Assembly: GCA_043820815.1 (NCBI GenBank)
Contig: JBDRDJ010000005.1
Location: forward strand, 105,517-169,516
Source of the DNA: Candidatus Omnitrophota bacterium
Lineage (GTDB): Bacteria > Omnitrophota > Gorgyraeia > Duberdicusellales > 4484-171
Direction: 5' to 3'
Length of the DNA stretch: 64,000 nt
The stretch's first letter is position 1. Each line of letters starts with the position of its first letter. Positions 48,046 to 58,405 of this stretch are shown in pieces. The notes beneath the pieces are model-generated. The model had not been told where the DNA came from and searched no databases. It was given only the letters and a program-made list of their open reading frames with translations. Position numbers and translations under genes: made by a program.

Positions 48046-48066
48046 TATTACGGGCGGCCGCCCCTA
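48046..48066. repeat. GC-rich hairpin repeat, copy 4 (loop-less derivative TTATTACGGGCGGCCGCCC), just upstream of the ftsW start
   Basis: Shares the TATTTATTACGGGCGGCC leader; the self-complementary GGGCGGCCGCCC. Confidence 0.6.
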
Positions 48067-49317
48067 CTTGCCAAGGGCATTGACTATCTCAACGAATCTT
48101 CCGCCTCTCTCCTTGTAATTAGAAAACATATCAAAACTTGAGCACATGGGAGAAAAAAGGACAACATCACCGCCTCGGGCATATTGAAAAGAATTAAATA
48201 CTGCTTCTCTTAACGAAGTGAAGGCATCTATATCTACGCTTTTACCCAAGGAATCTTTTATCCTTTGCGATGCCTCTCCGAAAAGATTTATCTTTCTTAC
48301 TTTTGATAAAAACTTTTTTGTCTCAGAGTAATCCAGCCCTTTATCGCGCCCGCCTGCAATAAGAACAATGGGCTGGTCAATATTCTTTAACGCCCATACG
48401 GTTGAAGATGGGTTTGTGGCTTTAGAATCATTGATAAATTTTATACCATTTATTTCCCGCACAAACTGCATACGGTGCGGCAAACCTTTAAATTTGGAAA
48501 AAACAGACCGGCAATCATCCTTGCTAACGCCTAATATTTCAGCTATTCTAAAAGCGCAGGAGAAATTTTCGTTGTTAAATTCATCTGAGAAATAAACTTT
48601 TCCGGCATTGACCCGGCTTTCAATATCAAAACTTACCGGGCTAATTTTATTTAAAACGGCCCAATCATCTTTTGTCTGATTTCGGAATATATTCATTTTT
48701 GCCTCAAGATATTGATCCAATTGAGAATACCGGTCAAGATGGTCACAATTGAAATTGAGAAGCGAAGCGATATAGGGCTTAAAATCAATAATCGTTTCCA
48801 GCTGGAAAGAACTAACTTCAAGAATAATAATATCGCCTTCTTTGGTTTTATCTACGAATGAGGAAAGGGAAATTCCAATATTGCCTCCCAGAAAAACCCT
48901 ATCGACCCTCTGCTTTATTGCCTGATATGTAATAAATGTTGTGGTTGTCTTGCCGTTGGTTCCGGTTATGGCAATAAACTTTGCCGGAGTCAACCACGAT
49001 GCAAATTCTATTTCTCCAACACATTGGATATTGTTAGTGTTAGCGATTTCTAAAATATTTGAATTATTTAAATTTACCCCCGGGCTTACAACTATCAAGC
49101 CGGCGTCTTTTATAATATTATTGCTATGGCCGCCAAAATCAAAAATTACCCCGTAAGAGATAAAACGGTTTATGATAGAGCTATTAAACGATTTTCGATC
49201 CTTGAGTTCTGTAACTATGACCTCTTTTTTTAGCGACAGTAAAAGCTCACAAAGGGACCTTCCTGTTATGCCCCAGCCGACAACGCATACTTTTTTAATA
49301 TTGTCTAAATTTACCAT
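48064..49317 (-). CDS. murD: UDP-N-acetylmuramoylalanine--D-glutamate ligase
   Basis: P-loop GTNGKTTTT; Mur ligase middle and C domains; position between mraY and ftsW. Confidence 0.85.
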   Translation of the reverse strand: MVNLDNIKKVCVVGWGITGRSLCELLLSLKKEVIVTELKDRKSFNSSIINRFISYGVIFDFGGHSNNIIKDAGLIVVSPGVNLNNSNILEIANTNNIQCVGEIEFASWLTPAKFIAITGTNGKTTTTFITYQAIKQRVDRVFLGGNIGISLSSFVDKTKEGDIIILEVSSFQLETIIDFKPYIASLLNFNCDHLDRYSQLDQYLEAKMNIFRNQTKDDWAVLNKISPVSFDIESRVNAGKVYFSDEFNNENFSCAFRIAEILGVSKDDCRSVFSKFKGLPHRMQFVREINGIKFINDSKATNPSSTVWALKNIDQPIVLIAGGRDKGLDYSETKKFLSKVRKINLFGEASQRIKDSLGKSVDIDAFTSLREAVFNSFQYARGGDVVLFSPMCSSFDMFSNYKERGGRFVEIVNALGK

Positions 49318-49377
49318 ATTAAAACCTTTATAATACCACCGGCAAGAGCCTGCTGCGTTTCTAACGGGGTAAATATC

Positions 49378-50460
49378 TTATCTAAGCTTAAGGGTGAGCA
49401 ATGCAGTAATAACACACAAAATTGACACAATCCAGAACCTTACGATAATTTTCGATTCATGCCATCCTTTTATTTGAAAATGATGATGCAGGGGTGCTGC
49501 AAGAAATATTTTTTTCTTACAAAACCGCACAGAACATATTTGCAGAATAACACTCAGGGCTTCCATAACAAATAGGCCGCCGCTTAGAAAAAGGAGAAAT
49601 TCTTTCTTGATAATCAAAGCTATAACGCCTATTACACCCCCCAGAGCCAAAGCGCCCACGTCACCCATGAAAATCTCTGCCGGATGAGCATTAAACCATA
49701 AGAAACCCAAGCCCGCCCCTGCAATAGCAAGACAGATGACTGCCAGCTCTCCGGCACCGTTTACATACGGTATGAATAAATAATTTGAGAACTTTATATG
49801 GCCGACAATATAGCTCAAGAAAGCAAAAAGTAAAAAGTTAATAATCAATGTGCCTACCGCTAAACCATCTAACCCATCGGTAAAATTAACGGCATTACAG
49901 GTAGCTACAATTATCAGAGCAGCCCAGAAAACATAAAAGTAACCCAAATCAAGGGCAAGGTGCTTAAAGAATGGGAAATCCCAGGTGGTAGAAAGATTAT
50001 TATTAAGCGCTATCCAAAACCCTAAACTTATTCCTACTGCACATTGCATTATTAGCTTATCGCGGCGGCTTAAGCCATAGGTTCTTTTTATCTTTAAGAA
50101 GTCATCGATAAACCCTATCAGGCCTAAAGCCAACATAATTGATATACAAAGCCAAATCAAATGGTTATCCCACCGCCCCCAGAGAAACACCGTAGATAAT
50201 ACCGAAAATAGTATAAGCACGCCCCCCATAGTAGGAGTCCCCTTTTTGGCGCCATGAAGCAATTCAAGCCCGGCATGTCCATACATGTTTATATTTTCTA
50301 AATATTTAAGATTTCTTAATTTTTTTAAAACCGGTTTAGCAAACAACATTACAAGAAAAAAAGAAGTTACAAAAGCACAGCCTCCGCGGAAAGTAATATA
50401 CCTGGTAACATTAAAAAAAGAAAAATATTCGGTTAATGGGTAAAAAAGATGATAAATCAT
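49378..50460 (-). CDS. mraY: Phospho-N-acetylmuramoyl-pentapeptide transferase
   Basis: 360 aa, 10 TM; motifs ..NAVNFTDGLDGLA.., ..MGDVGALALGG.., ..APLHHH.. Confidence 0.9.
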   Translation of the reverse strand: MIYHLFYPLTEYFSFFNVTRYITFRGGCAFVTSFFLVMLFAKPVLKKLRNLKYLENINMYGHAGLELLHGAKKGTPTMGGVLILFSVLSTVFLWGRWDNHLIWLCISIMLALGLIGFIDDFLKIKRTYGLSRRDKLIMQCAVGISLGFWIALNNNLSTTWDFPFFKHLALDLGYFYVFWAALIIVATCNAVNFTDGLDGLAVGTLIINFLLFAFLSYIVGHIKFSNYLFIPYVNGAGELAVICLAIAGAGLGFLWFNAHPAEIFMGDVGALALGGVIGVIALIIKKEFLLFLSGGLFVMEALSVILQICSVRFCKKKIFLAAPLHHHFQIKGWHESKIIVRFWIVSILCVITALLTLKLR

Positions 50461-50466
50461 TTTAAT

Positions 50467-51804
50467 TTACTTTAAGTATTTTATTATTTTATCTAATTGC
50501 ATTGCACGCGAACCTTTTAGAAAAATGACTGTACCTTCAGGAAATTTTCTATCAATACATTTTGCCATGTCTTTAAGTTTCTTGAAATGAGTGAAATTTC
50601 TAAACCCTTTGTTTTTTAACTCACCCTTAAGAAATTGAGTATATTTTCCGACAGCCAAACAGCTCATTACTCCAGACTTTATTATATCGCCGGAAAGCAA
50701 TTTGTGATAATAAATACTTTTATTGCCTAATTCCAGCATATCTCCTATGACGGCGGCTTTGGGATTCGGAAATTGTTTAAGAATGCTTAACGCCTGTTTA
50801 AAAGAATAAGGATTTGCATTATATGCATCATTGATGACGATAAAACGGCCCTTTCTTACAAATTGCATCCGGGATTCCAAATAGCCTTTAAAATTATTCA
50901 TTTTACAAACCAGATCTTTAATTTCCAACTTTTTAATACTCGCCGCAAGCAGGGCAGCCAATACATTATTTATAAAACCCTCATAAACAAAAGGCATATT
51001 AAGCCGGTATTTGTTACATACCTTAAAGACACTCTCTTTGCAGTTTCGCCTTACCAGCCTGGCATATACATTTGAATCAAAAGAACTGCCGAACCACAGG
51101 GCTTTTTTAGAATTTACTTTACCAAGGTATCTATCGTTACTGTTAAGCACGGGAATAATTGCGTTATGGCTCCTAATCAAAGAAATCTTTTCGTTAAAAA
51201 TACCTCTTAGGGATTTAAATTTCTCAAGATGGACAGGCTTAATCGCAGTAATTATACCCACATCGGGAGTGGTAATTGATGCTAAATCCCCTATTTCGCC
51301 GGGAGAATTTGTACCGAGTTCAATAATAACAGTTTTTTCGTTTCTTAAGGCGAACATCGTTTTAGCTACTCCAAAAATATTGTTTTCGGTGCCGATGTTC
51401 TTAATATGAGGGTATTTATCCTCAATAAGAAAACTCAACATTTCTTTTGTCGTACTTTTACCGACTGAGCCGGTTATGGCAAATATAAAAGGCCTTTTAA
51501 TCCTGCGGATAAACTTAATTAGACTGCGCAAACAGGCAAAAGAATCCTCTACTACAAAAAAAGCTGTTTTAGGACGATGGGGAAGATAGCGCTCTGCGAT
51601 AATGCATGAAGCTCCTTTTCTAACAGCTTCAGAAATAAAGTTGTGGCCGTCGGCGCGGCTCCCTTTAAGAGCTATAAAACAATACCCTTTGCTGATTTTG
51701 CGCGAATCAATTGAAAATCCTTCAATGCCCCGGAAATGATAAAGATTATAAATATTTACCGGTTTTACTATGCACTCTAACTGTTTAAAATCTGATATTA
51801 ACAT
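50467..51804 (-). CDS. murF: UDP-N-acetylmuramoyl-tripeptide--D-alanyl-D-alanine ligase
   Basis: P-loop ITGSVGKSTTKEML; Mur ligase domains; synteny. Confidence 0.85.
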   Translation of the reverse strand: MLISDFKQLECIVKPVNIYNLYHFRGIEGFSIDSRKISKGYCFIALKGSRADGHNFISEAVRKGASCIIAERYLPHRPKTAFFVVEDSFACLRSLIKFIRRIKRPFIFAITGSVGKSTTKEMLSFLIEDKYPHIKNIGTENNIFGVAKTMFALRNEKTVIIELGTNSPGEIGDLASITTPDVGIITAIKPVHLEKFKSLRGIFNEKISLIRSHNAIIPVLNSNDRYLGKVNSKKALWFGSSFDSNVYARLVRRNCKESVFKVCNKYRLNMPFVYEGFINNVLAALLAASIKKLEIKDLVCKMNNFKGYLESRMQFVRKGRFIVINDAYNANPYSFKQALSILKQFPNPKAAVIGDMLELGNKSIYYHKLLSGDIIKSGVMSCLAVGKYTQFLKGELKNKGFRNFTHFKKLKDMAKCIDRKFPEGTVIFLKGSRAMQLDKIIKYLK

Positions 51805-51815
51805 TAGTTTCGTGG

Positions 51816-53309
51816 TTAGCGGCTAGTGGTTCGTGTTTCGTTATCTCTAATATTTCGCAGCAGCGAGCGTATTGCATCCTTATCCTTAAATTTAATTTTT
51901 TTATTGCCGATTATCTGATAATCTTCATGGCCCTTGCCGGCTACAAGAACGCATGAATTCTTATATTTACGGCTAAATATCATTGCCTTGTTTATAGCAA
52001 CTTTCCGGCTAAGGATAACCGAATAATTATTTTTATTAAAACCTTTCTCTATTTCTTTGCATATTTCTGAGGCCGATTCTGTTCTGGGATTATCAGATGT
52101 TATAAAAGTAAAGTCTGCCATAGTGCTTGCTACTTTACCCATGAGCTTACGCTTGCCCCTGTCCCTATCGCCGCCGCAGCCAAAAACACAAACTATCTTA
52201 TCATAGTTTACTTTCCTTAAAGTCCGTAATACATTTTTAAGGGCATCGGGGCTGTGTGCATAATCAACAAATACATTTGCCTCTATGCGCTCAAGCCTTC
52301 CTTCAACAGCCTTGGCAAAAGGAAGGCAGCTAACAATATCTTTTAAGCCGGCACCTAAAGATAAAAGAACTCCGGTAGATGCAAGAGTATTGAAAACATT
52401 ATGGGTGCCTAAGAATTTTGATTTTACCCTTATGGAATCCCCTTTGTATAAAAGGTCAAAGAAAGTCCCGTTTTTTGTAAAAGTTAAATTTACGGCCCGG
52501 ATATCGGCATCCTTGTTTAAGCCATACGATAATGCCGAGGGGAATTCCCTAATGAGCCTCTTTCCGTAATTGTCATCGGCATTTAAGATCAAGGCTGCTT
52601 TTGGATTAGCGATAAATAACTGCCTTTTAGCTTTAAAGTAGGCAGGAATTCCCCCGTGATAATCTAAATGATCCCTTGATAAATTTGTAAAAACACAACA
52701 GGAAAATTCAATTCCCTTTATTCGCTTCTGGTCAATTGCATGGGAAGAGACTTCGATTACGGCATATTCACACCCAAATACTGAGGATTGATACAGAAGT
52801 TTTCTAAGAGTTAAGAAATCAGGGGTGGTATGGGTTGCTTTATATCTTATTTTACCTATGAAGTATCCCGTTGTTCCGATGAGTGAGGCGGTTTTGCCTA
52901 AACGCTTAAGTAAAGAGTGGATGAGATATGTTGTTGTTGTTTTACCGTTTGTGCCGGTTATCCCGATTATCTTAAGAGGCCGGCCGCAAATACCATAGTA
53001 AACTTCAGCTGCGTCAGTTAAGGCGTTATCTATGTTATCGACTGGCACAACCGGCTTTCGCAAGTCTTTTAATCTGGCGGCGTCTTTGCGTTCTATCACG
53101 AATGCAGCGACTTTACTCTCAACCCCTTTTAGCGCGGAGAAAATATCAAAATTATTTGTCTTTTTGACAAAAAAAACTTCTTCTCTGGCGGCTAAACGCG
53201 TATCATCGCTGATTCCCTTGATTTTCAAATTGCCTATGCCACCTTCGACGATTTGATTAGGTAAAATATCGCGAATTTTCATAAAGTTAATTATCGTTAT
53301 TCCCGACAC
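51816..53309 (-). CDS. murE: UDP-N-acetylmuramoyl-L-alanyl-D-glutamate--2,6-diaminopimelate (or L-Lys) ligase
   Basis: P-loop GITGTNGKTTTT; ...DNPR... motif region (TSDNPRTES). Confidence 0.85.
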   Translation of the reverse strand: MSGITIINFMKIRDILPNQIVEGGIGNLKIKGISDDTRLAAREEVFFVKKTNNFDIFSALKGVESKVAAFVIERKDAARLKDLRKPVVPVDNIDNALTDAAEVYYGICGRPLKIIGITGTNGKTTTTYLIHSLLKRLGKTASLIGTTGYFIGKIRYKATHTTPDFLTLRKLLYQSSVFGCEYAVIEVSSHAIDQKRIKGIEFSCCVFTNLSRDHLDYHGGIPAYFKAKRQLFIANPKAALILNADDNYGKRLIREFPSALSYGLNKDADIRAVNLTFTKNGTFFDLLYKGDSIRVKSKFLGTHNVFNTLASTGVLLSLGAGLKDIVSCLPFAKAVEGRLERIEANVFVDYAHSPDALKNVLRTLRKVNYDKIVCVFGCGGDRDRGKRKLMGKVASTMADFTFITSDNPRTESASEICKEIEKGFNKNNYSVILSRKVAINKAMIFSRKYKNSCVLVAGKGHEDYQIIGNKKIKFKDKDAIRSLLRNIRDNETRTTSR

Positions 53310-55017
53310 CGGATAAACTAACTTCTTCGGCTCTCTCGTCAGGCTTTAGCGTTTTGGCTAAATCAGATACGTTTAACTGATAGGCTAAAACTTTTGATGC
53401 AATCTTCTTAAAAACCGGTGCGGCAACAACGCCCCCGAAATGCGACTTTTGAGGCTCATCAACGCTTACGCCTATGACAACGGGCGGGTCCATACTGCTT
53501 ATAAAACCTATAAAGGTAGCCCGGTAATTTTTCGGAGAATAACGCTTGATAGCGGGGTCGTACTTTTGAGCTGTTCCGGTTTTTCCGCCTATCTTCTGTC
53601 CTTCTATAAAAGCACCTTTTCCTGTTCCGTCTTCAACTACTTCAATTAAAATATCCTTAGCTATTGCGGCAACGTCTTCGGAAAACACCCTGCTTCTTAT
53701 GTCTTCTGTTTTTCGCACAACGAGCTGGGTACGAATGTCTTTGGCGATATAAGGCTTAACTAAATAACCCCCGTTACAGACAGAAGCAAGCATCCTTACA
53801 AGCTGAAGCAGATTAACTCCTACTTCCTGGCCCACTGGTATAATGTATCTTGACGTATTTGACCACTCTCTCACAGGCCTTATTTTACCCGCAGCCTCAC
53901 CGGGCAAATCTATGCCTGTTTTTTTGCCAAAACCTAATTTTAGAATATATCTGTAGAAATCATGCTCTCCTATCGCGGCTGCGATTTTACTGACACCGAT
54001 ATTGCTCGATTTCTTAAATACTTCACGAAAAGTAAGATTACCGTAAGGCCTGAAGTCATGAAGCACGCTTCCCGGTATCTTTAGCTTGCCGTTCTCGCAA
54101 AATATTATATCGTCTTGATTAAATTTGTTATTTTCGATTGCCGCAAGCAGGGTTACAACTTTAAAAACTGACCCCGGCTCAAACATATCACATATCGCAG
54201 CATTCCTGGTAACCCTGCTAACCGCAGCTTCGCTTATTTTTCCTTTCTTATGACTTGCTATCGCGAGCAGCTGGCCTGAGTTAGCATCCATTACTATTGC
54301 ATCAGCTCCGCTGGCATCAAACTCTTCTAAAACTTCCTGCAAATAGGTCTCAAGCCAATACTGAATCTGCCCGTCTATGGTCAGCGCCACATCAGTCCCG
54401 CACTGAGGATCAATAACCTGCGGAGATAAAATAATATCCCTTGAAGCTGAATCTTTTAGAACCTCAACCCATCCGTTTTTGCCTCTTAAATAGCTGTCAT
54501 AAATAAATTCAAGCCCTTCTATCCCTATATTGTCAATATTTACTGCACCAATTATCGATAAAGCCAGCTTTCCCTGGGGATAAAAACGCATTTCCTCGCG
54601 TATGAAACCGATTCCTTTTAAACCCAACGATTTTATTTCCTCTTTCTCCTGCCAGGAAATTTTACGTTTTATCCATACAAAACGTTTTCCGGAATTTAGC
54701 TTGCTGAAAAGTTTCTTTTTAGGTAAATCAATATGCTGTAAAAGAATATCGGCGGTTTTCAAGGGGTTTTCAATAAGCAGCGGTTCACAATAAACAGAAT
54801 ATACATTTATGCCGGTGGCCAAAAGCATACCGTTACGGTCAAAGATCTTCCCGCGCTTACTTTCAAAGGGAATTCTTTTGTAATATTGGCTTTTGGAAAG
54901 TTTTCGCAAGAATGTTTTCCTGAAAATCTGAAGGTAATAAATTCTAAACGACAAGGCCAAGAACAAGAAAGTGAAGAAATACAGAACTAAATGTATTCGA
55001 ATTAACCTATTCTTCAA
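53287..55017 (-). CDS. ftsI: Penicillin-binding protein (FtsI/PBP3-type transpeptidase)
   Basis: N-terminal TM, dimerisation domain, transpeptidase motifs (SxxK: ..EPGSVFK..; SxN: ..SSN..; KTG: ..GKTGTAQ..). Confidence 0.85.
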   Translation of the reverse strand: MKNRLIRIHLVLYFFTFLFLALSFRIYYLQIFRKTFLRKLSKSQYYKRIPFESKRGKIFDRNGMLLATGINVYSVYCEPLLIENPLKTADILLQHIDLPKKKLFSKLNSGKRFVWIKRKISWQEKEEIKSLGLKGIGFIREEMRFYPQGKLALSIIGAVNIDNIGIEGLEFIYDSYLRGKNGWVEVLKDSASRDIILSPQVIDPQCGTDVALTIDGQIQYWLETYLQEVLEEFDASGADAIVMDANSGQLLAIASHKKGKISEAAVSRVTRNAAICDMFEPGSVFKVVTLLAAIENNKFNQDDIIFCENGKLKIPGSVLHDFRPYGNLTFREVFKKSSNIGVSKIAAAIGEHDFYRYILKLGFGKKTGIDLPGEAAGKIRPVREWSNTSRYIIPVGQEVGVNLLQLVRMLASVCNGGYLVKPYIAKDIRTQLVVRKTEDIRSRVFSEDVAAIAKDILIEVVEDGTGKGAFIEGQKIGGKTGTAQKYDPAIKRYSPKNYRATFIGFISSMDPPVVIGVSVDEPQKSHFGGVVAAPVFKKIASKVLAYQLNVSDLAKTLKPDERAEEVSLSGVGNNDN

Positions 55018-55175
55018 GTTTGCAAAATATCTCCCTTAATAAAATATTAAACTAAAAATATACGATCCAGGTTATGGGCCAGAAATCCCGCGGATAAAAT
55101 TAAGGAGGGGCTCTATGTAGATTTTTTAGCCTTTCAATATCTCTGCATTCGAAATATTTCCGAGCCGCTTGCCAG

Positions 55176-55673
55176 CTATTCTTTGTCGTCGGCCAAGACC
55201 GTTGATGTAGCTGCTGGTACTCGCAAGAAACGGTTGATTATCGAAGCTAATTGAGTCTTTACTGCCGGCTTTTCTTTATCTTTATTCAAACGCAAAGCCA
55301 AAACCTTTTCTTTGGCCACGGGGATAAAATTATGGCCTTCTGCCCACTGGTTAATTTTAGACAAAGAAACTTCTTTTTTAAAATTATACACCAAGTAATC
55401 CCTATTATCAACCAATTCGTTATAAACATAAAGATTCTTGCTGAGACGGTATGCCTCAACATAAATACTGATTTTCTGGTGCAGATAAAGAAAAGCTAAA
55501 ATAAAAACTAAAATAAATAATAAACAGATGCCCAAAAAGCTTAGCCGGCTTATATCTTTAATATTTGAACGATAGAGTTTATAGTTATTGCCGGCAAAAG
55601 CATTACCTGCATTAGCCAAATTACCTATATGAATTCCTAGTAGATTATTCTTTTCTGAAATTGTTGTCTTCAT
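55176..55673 (-). CDS. ftsL: FtsL-like septum formation protein (single TM + coiled coil)
   Basis: 165 aa with one TM helix and a short periplasmic helical region, located between rsmH and ftsI. Confidence 0.45.
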   Translation of the reverse strand: MKTTISEKNNLLGIHIGNLANAGNAFAGNNYKLYRSNIKDISRLSFLGICLLFILVFILAFLYLHQKISIYVEAYRLSKNLYVYNELVDNRDYLVYNFKKEVSLSKINQWAEGHNFIPVAKEKVLALRLNKDKEKPAVKTQLASIINRFLRVPAATSTVLADDKE

Positions 55674-55702
55674 ATTTCGAATTAGCTTTGAAAAAATAAC
55701 AT

Positions 55703-56629
55703 TTAATAGCTATTCTCGGCGACTCGAAACTTTGCTGAACGGCTGGGAGGATTTTCTTGTTTCTCTTGATCTTGAGGAGTCAACGGCCGTTTTGTAATTA
55801 TTTTTATTTTGTTGAGCGATGATTTTTCTCTGAATGTGTGTTTTACAATTCTGTCTTCCAGCGAATGGAAAGAAATCACCCCAATCCTTCCTGACGGAGA
55901 AAGGGAATTTACTGCGGTAACTATTCCTTTAGGTAGGGCTTCTAACTCTCTATTTACAGCTATGCGCAAAGCTTGAAACACACGGGTCGCCGGATGTATC
56001 CTTGATGAATGACAGCCAAAACCAATTGCTGAAATAACTGCATTTGACAATTCTAATGTTGTAGAAAATGGCCTTCTATTGCGGGCATTGATTATATACC
56101 GGGCAATCTTTCTGGCATAGCGTTCTTCTCCGAATTTGAAAAATATACCCGCCAGTTCAATCTCACTAAGATTGTTTACTAAATCGGCCGCGCAAAGGAA
56201 ATTTTCTCTGTCCATACGCATATCTAAAGGGCCGGGTTTCAAAAAGCTAAATCCTCTTTCCGTATTAGCCAATTGATACATGGAAATTCCTAAATCAAAG
56301 AAGAAAACATCAGCCGATTTTATCCCTATCGAAGCTAAAGCCCTTTCAAGATGATAAAAGTCATCCTTGATAAGGACGAATCTTCCTTCGTACGCTTTTA
56401 GCCTCTCGCGGCTTAGCCGCAGGGACTCTTCATCCCTGTCAATTCCTATGTAAAAAGAATCCTTTCTCATAACTTCAAGGAACCTTAAAGCATGAGATCC
56501 AGTCCCCATTGTGCAATCGACTATTATTTTCGCCTTGGTTATCGATAGTAAATCTATCGACTCTTGGCACATAACAGGATAATGTTGAAGCTCTGTCATT
56601 TCTTCTACTGTTAATGTCATATTGGTCAT
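55703..56629 (-). CDS. rsmH: 16S rRNA (cytosine1402-N4)-methyltransferase
   Basis: HYPVM...DCTMGTGSH... SAM-binding; ..ISFHSLEDRIVK.. signature of MraW/RsmH. Confidence 0.9.
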   Translation of the reverse strand: MTNMTLTVEEMTELQHYPVMCQESIDLLSITKAKIIVDCTMGTGSHALRFLEVMRKDSFYIGIDRDEESLRLSRERLKAYEGRFVLIKDDFYHLERALASIGIKSADVFFFDLGISMYQLANTERGFSFLKPGPLDMRMDRENFLCAADLVNNLSEIELAGIFFKFGEERYARKIARYIINARNRRPFSTTLELSNAVISAIGFGCHSSRIHPATRVFQALRIAVNRELEALPKGIVTAVNSLSPSGRIGVISFHSLEDRIVKHTFREKSSLNKIKIITKRPLTPQDQEKQENPPSRSAKFRVAENSY

Positions 56630-56664
56630 CGTAGCTTTTTGAATAACAAATTTTACATTAAGCC

Positions 56665-56853
56665 TTAAATATAACGTGTATTACTCAATGTCCACTTTTT
56701 GTATTTAACACTGCGCTGTGCCGGTTTTCTTTCACATATCTCACAGATATGAAAACCGGAAAGAGCCGATAAGGAATGGTTATGAAATTTGGATTTTAAT
56801 GATTTAAAAATAATTTTTTTATCATCGGGGCTCTTTGAAATATTTATTTTCAC
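56665..56853 (-). CDS. Small hypothetical protein (62 aa) between mraZ and rsmH
   Basis: Short ORF with Lys-rich sequence and a CxxC (HICEIC); uncertain. Confidence 0.2.
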   Translation of the reverse strand: MKINISKSPDDKKIIFKSLKSKFHNHSLSALSGFHICEICERKPAQRSVKYKKWTLSNTRYI

Positions 56854-56899
56854 CGGCCACCTCCCATTTTTTTAATGAATTTTTTTTCCCGTGCTCTGC

Positions 56900-57331
56900 C
56901 TAAAACAATTTCTCTGCCAGATTTTCAAAATTTTTCTTATTTTCCTTATAGAATTTTTCCCAAATTTCCTTGCTCCAAATCTCAATGCTTTCAGCCACGC
57001 CAATGATAACTATCTCTTTTTTAATCTGAGCAAATTCCCTTAAATGTTCAGGAAGAGTTATCCTGCCCTGATTGTCAATTTCTACTTCGCATGCACCGCT
57101 AAAAAATAGCCTGTTAAAGGCGCGCGAGTCAGTCTTGGTAAAAGGAAGGGACTTTAATTTTTCTTCCCTTCTTAACCATTCTTCCTCGGCAAATATAGAA
57201 AGGCATCCTTCGAGCCCGCGGGTTATATAAAACTTTTTTCTCTTGAGTTCTTTTGCCTTTTCGCGGAACTTTGCCGGCAGGATAAATCTTTCTTTATTGT
57301 CTAATGTATGTATATATTCGCCATACCACAT
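56900..57331 (-). CDS. mraZ: Transcriptional regulator MraZ
   Basis: 143 aa, two SpoVT/AbrB-like halves with DxxxR motifs (..LDNKERFILPAKFR.. and ..IDNQGRITLPEHLR..). Confidence 0.85.
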   Translation of the reverse strand: MWYGEYIHTLDNKERFILPAKFREKAKELKRKKFYITRGLEGCLSIFAEEEWLRREEKLKSLPFTKTDSRAFNRLFFSGACEVEIDNQGRITLPEHLREFAQIKKEIVIIGVAESIEIWSKEIWEKFYKENKKNFENLAEKLF

Positions 57332-57358
57332 TCCACTTCACTCCACTTTACTCCACAA
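57332..57358 (-). promoter_or_regulatory. Three direct repeats GTGGAGT-AAA-GTGGAGT-GAA-GTGGAAT (10-bp period) between the -10 and the mraZ ATG: candidate MraZ operator boxes
   Basis: Read directly on the reverse complement; MraZ autoregulates by binding direct repeats with about 10-nt periodicity in its own promoter. Confidence 0.45.
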
Positions 57359-57362
57359 CACA

Positions 57363-57391
57363 ACTATAAAGCCCCACATATTTTTTGTCAA
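57363..57391 (-). promoter_or_regulatory. Sigma70 promoter of the dcw cluster (TTGACA, 17 nt, TATAGT)
   Basis: Minus strand cTTGACAaaaaatatgtggggcttTATAGT, about 30 nt upstream of the mraZ ATG. Confidence 0.55.
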
Positions 57392-57478
57392 GCGCTTTAA
57401 TCAAATAAATTCTTATACCACAATAAGTTGTGTAAGTTTTCTGGGGAAGATACTATATATTGAAGAGGATTAAAAGAG

Positions 57479-58405
57479 TTAAATTGTGTGGAAATTGCAG
57501 GCTTTATTGGACATGAGCTGAATATCTTTAGCTATTTGAGCCTTAAGACCATAAACTGAGGAAAACTTCTTTTCGTTTCTTATCCTTTCTAGGAAAATAA
57601 TTTTAACATTGCGGCCTAAGATATTTCTTTGAAAATTAAGTATATGTGCCTCCAGCGTAATTTTATCGTTAAACCCAAAAGTAGGTTTATTGCCGATATT
57701 GACTGCACAGAAGTATTTAGAAGGCCCTAAAATCGCATAAGCACAATAAACCCCGGGGCGGGGAATAGTATGCCCACCCGTATTAATGTTGGCTGTTGGA
57801 AATCCTATTCTGGTACCGAAGCCGCGTCCGGCGGTAACTTGCCCTTTAACCAAATAAGGCCTTCCCAGAAGTTTATTTGCGCGCCTAAAGTCACCTTTAA
57901 AAATATATTCCCTAATACGTGTGCTGCTTACCGGGTGCTTTTGCATTTTCTTTTTTTTGATTACAGAAAGCTTAAAATTATACTTGCGAGAAAAAGTTTT
58001 AAGGTCTGAAATTCCCGATTTACCATGGGATCCAAATCGGAAATCATCTCCCACGATAAGATGCTTTAAGCTAAAATACTTTGCCACAAAAGACAGATAC
58101 TGTTCTGCGGACATTTTAAGCAGTGACGGCGATATCTTCATCGCCCATAGATAATCTATCCCGGTACTCTTAAACAATGATTTCTTTTCTTCTAAATCGG
58201 TGAGGTATCCTCTAAAGCGGCTGGACAACACAAGCTGCGGCGGATAATCAAAAGTAATAACTAAAGAAGGGCTTTCATATTTTGAAGACAAACAGGCAAG
58301 TTTGCTGATGATATAACGGTGGCCCATGTGAACGCCGTCAAAAATACCGATAGTGCCGACGCATCCAATACGCCTAGAAGGTAACTTTCCGTAGATGACT
58401 CTCAT
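57479..58405 (-). CDS. ribF: Bifunctional riboflavin kinase / FMN adenylyltransferase
   Basis: N-terminal FAD-synthetase motifs (GIFDGVHMGH), C-terminal riboflavin kinase (..GFPTANI.., ..E.HIL..). Confidence 0.85.
   Translation of the reverse strand: MRVIYGKLPSRRIGCVGTIGIFDGVHMGHRYIISKLACLSSKYESPSLVITFDYPPQLVLSSRFRGYLTDLEEKKSLFKSTGIDYLWAMKISPSLLKMSAEQYLSFVAKYFSLKHLIVGDDFRFGSHGKSGISDLKTFSRKYNFKLSVIKKKKMQKHPVSSTRIREYIFKGDFRRANKLLGRPYLVKGQVTAGRGFGTRIGFPTANINTGGHTIPRPGVYCAYAILGPSKYFCAVNIGNKPTFGFNDKITLEAHILNFQRNILGRNVKIIFLERIRNEKKFSSVYGLKAQIAKDIQLMSNKACNFHTI

Noticed and set aside
51805-51840. Third copy of the TTCGTGGTTA motif
   Set aside because: It lies in the last codons of murE (encodes ...NETRTTSR), so it is most likely a coding coincidence rather than a regulatory element.
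56665-56853. A functional small zinc-ribbon protein between mraZ and rsmH
   Set aside because: Kept only as a low-confidence CDS: a single CxxC, very Lys-rich, and many dcw clusters have no gene here.
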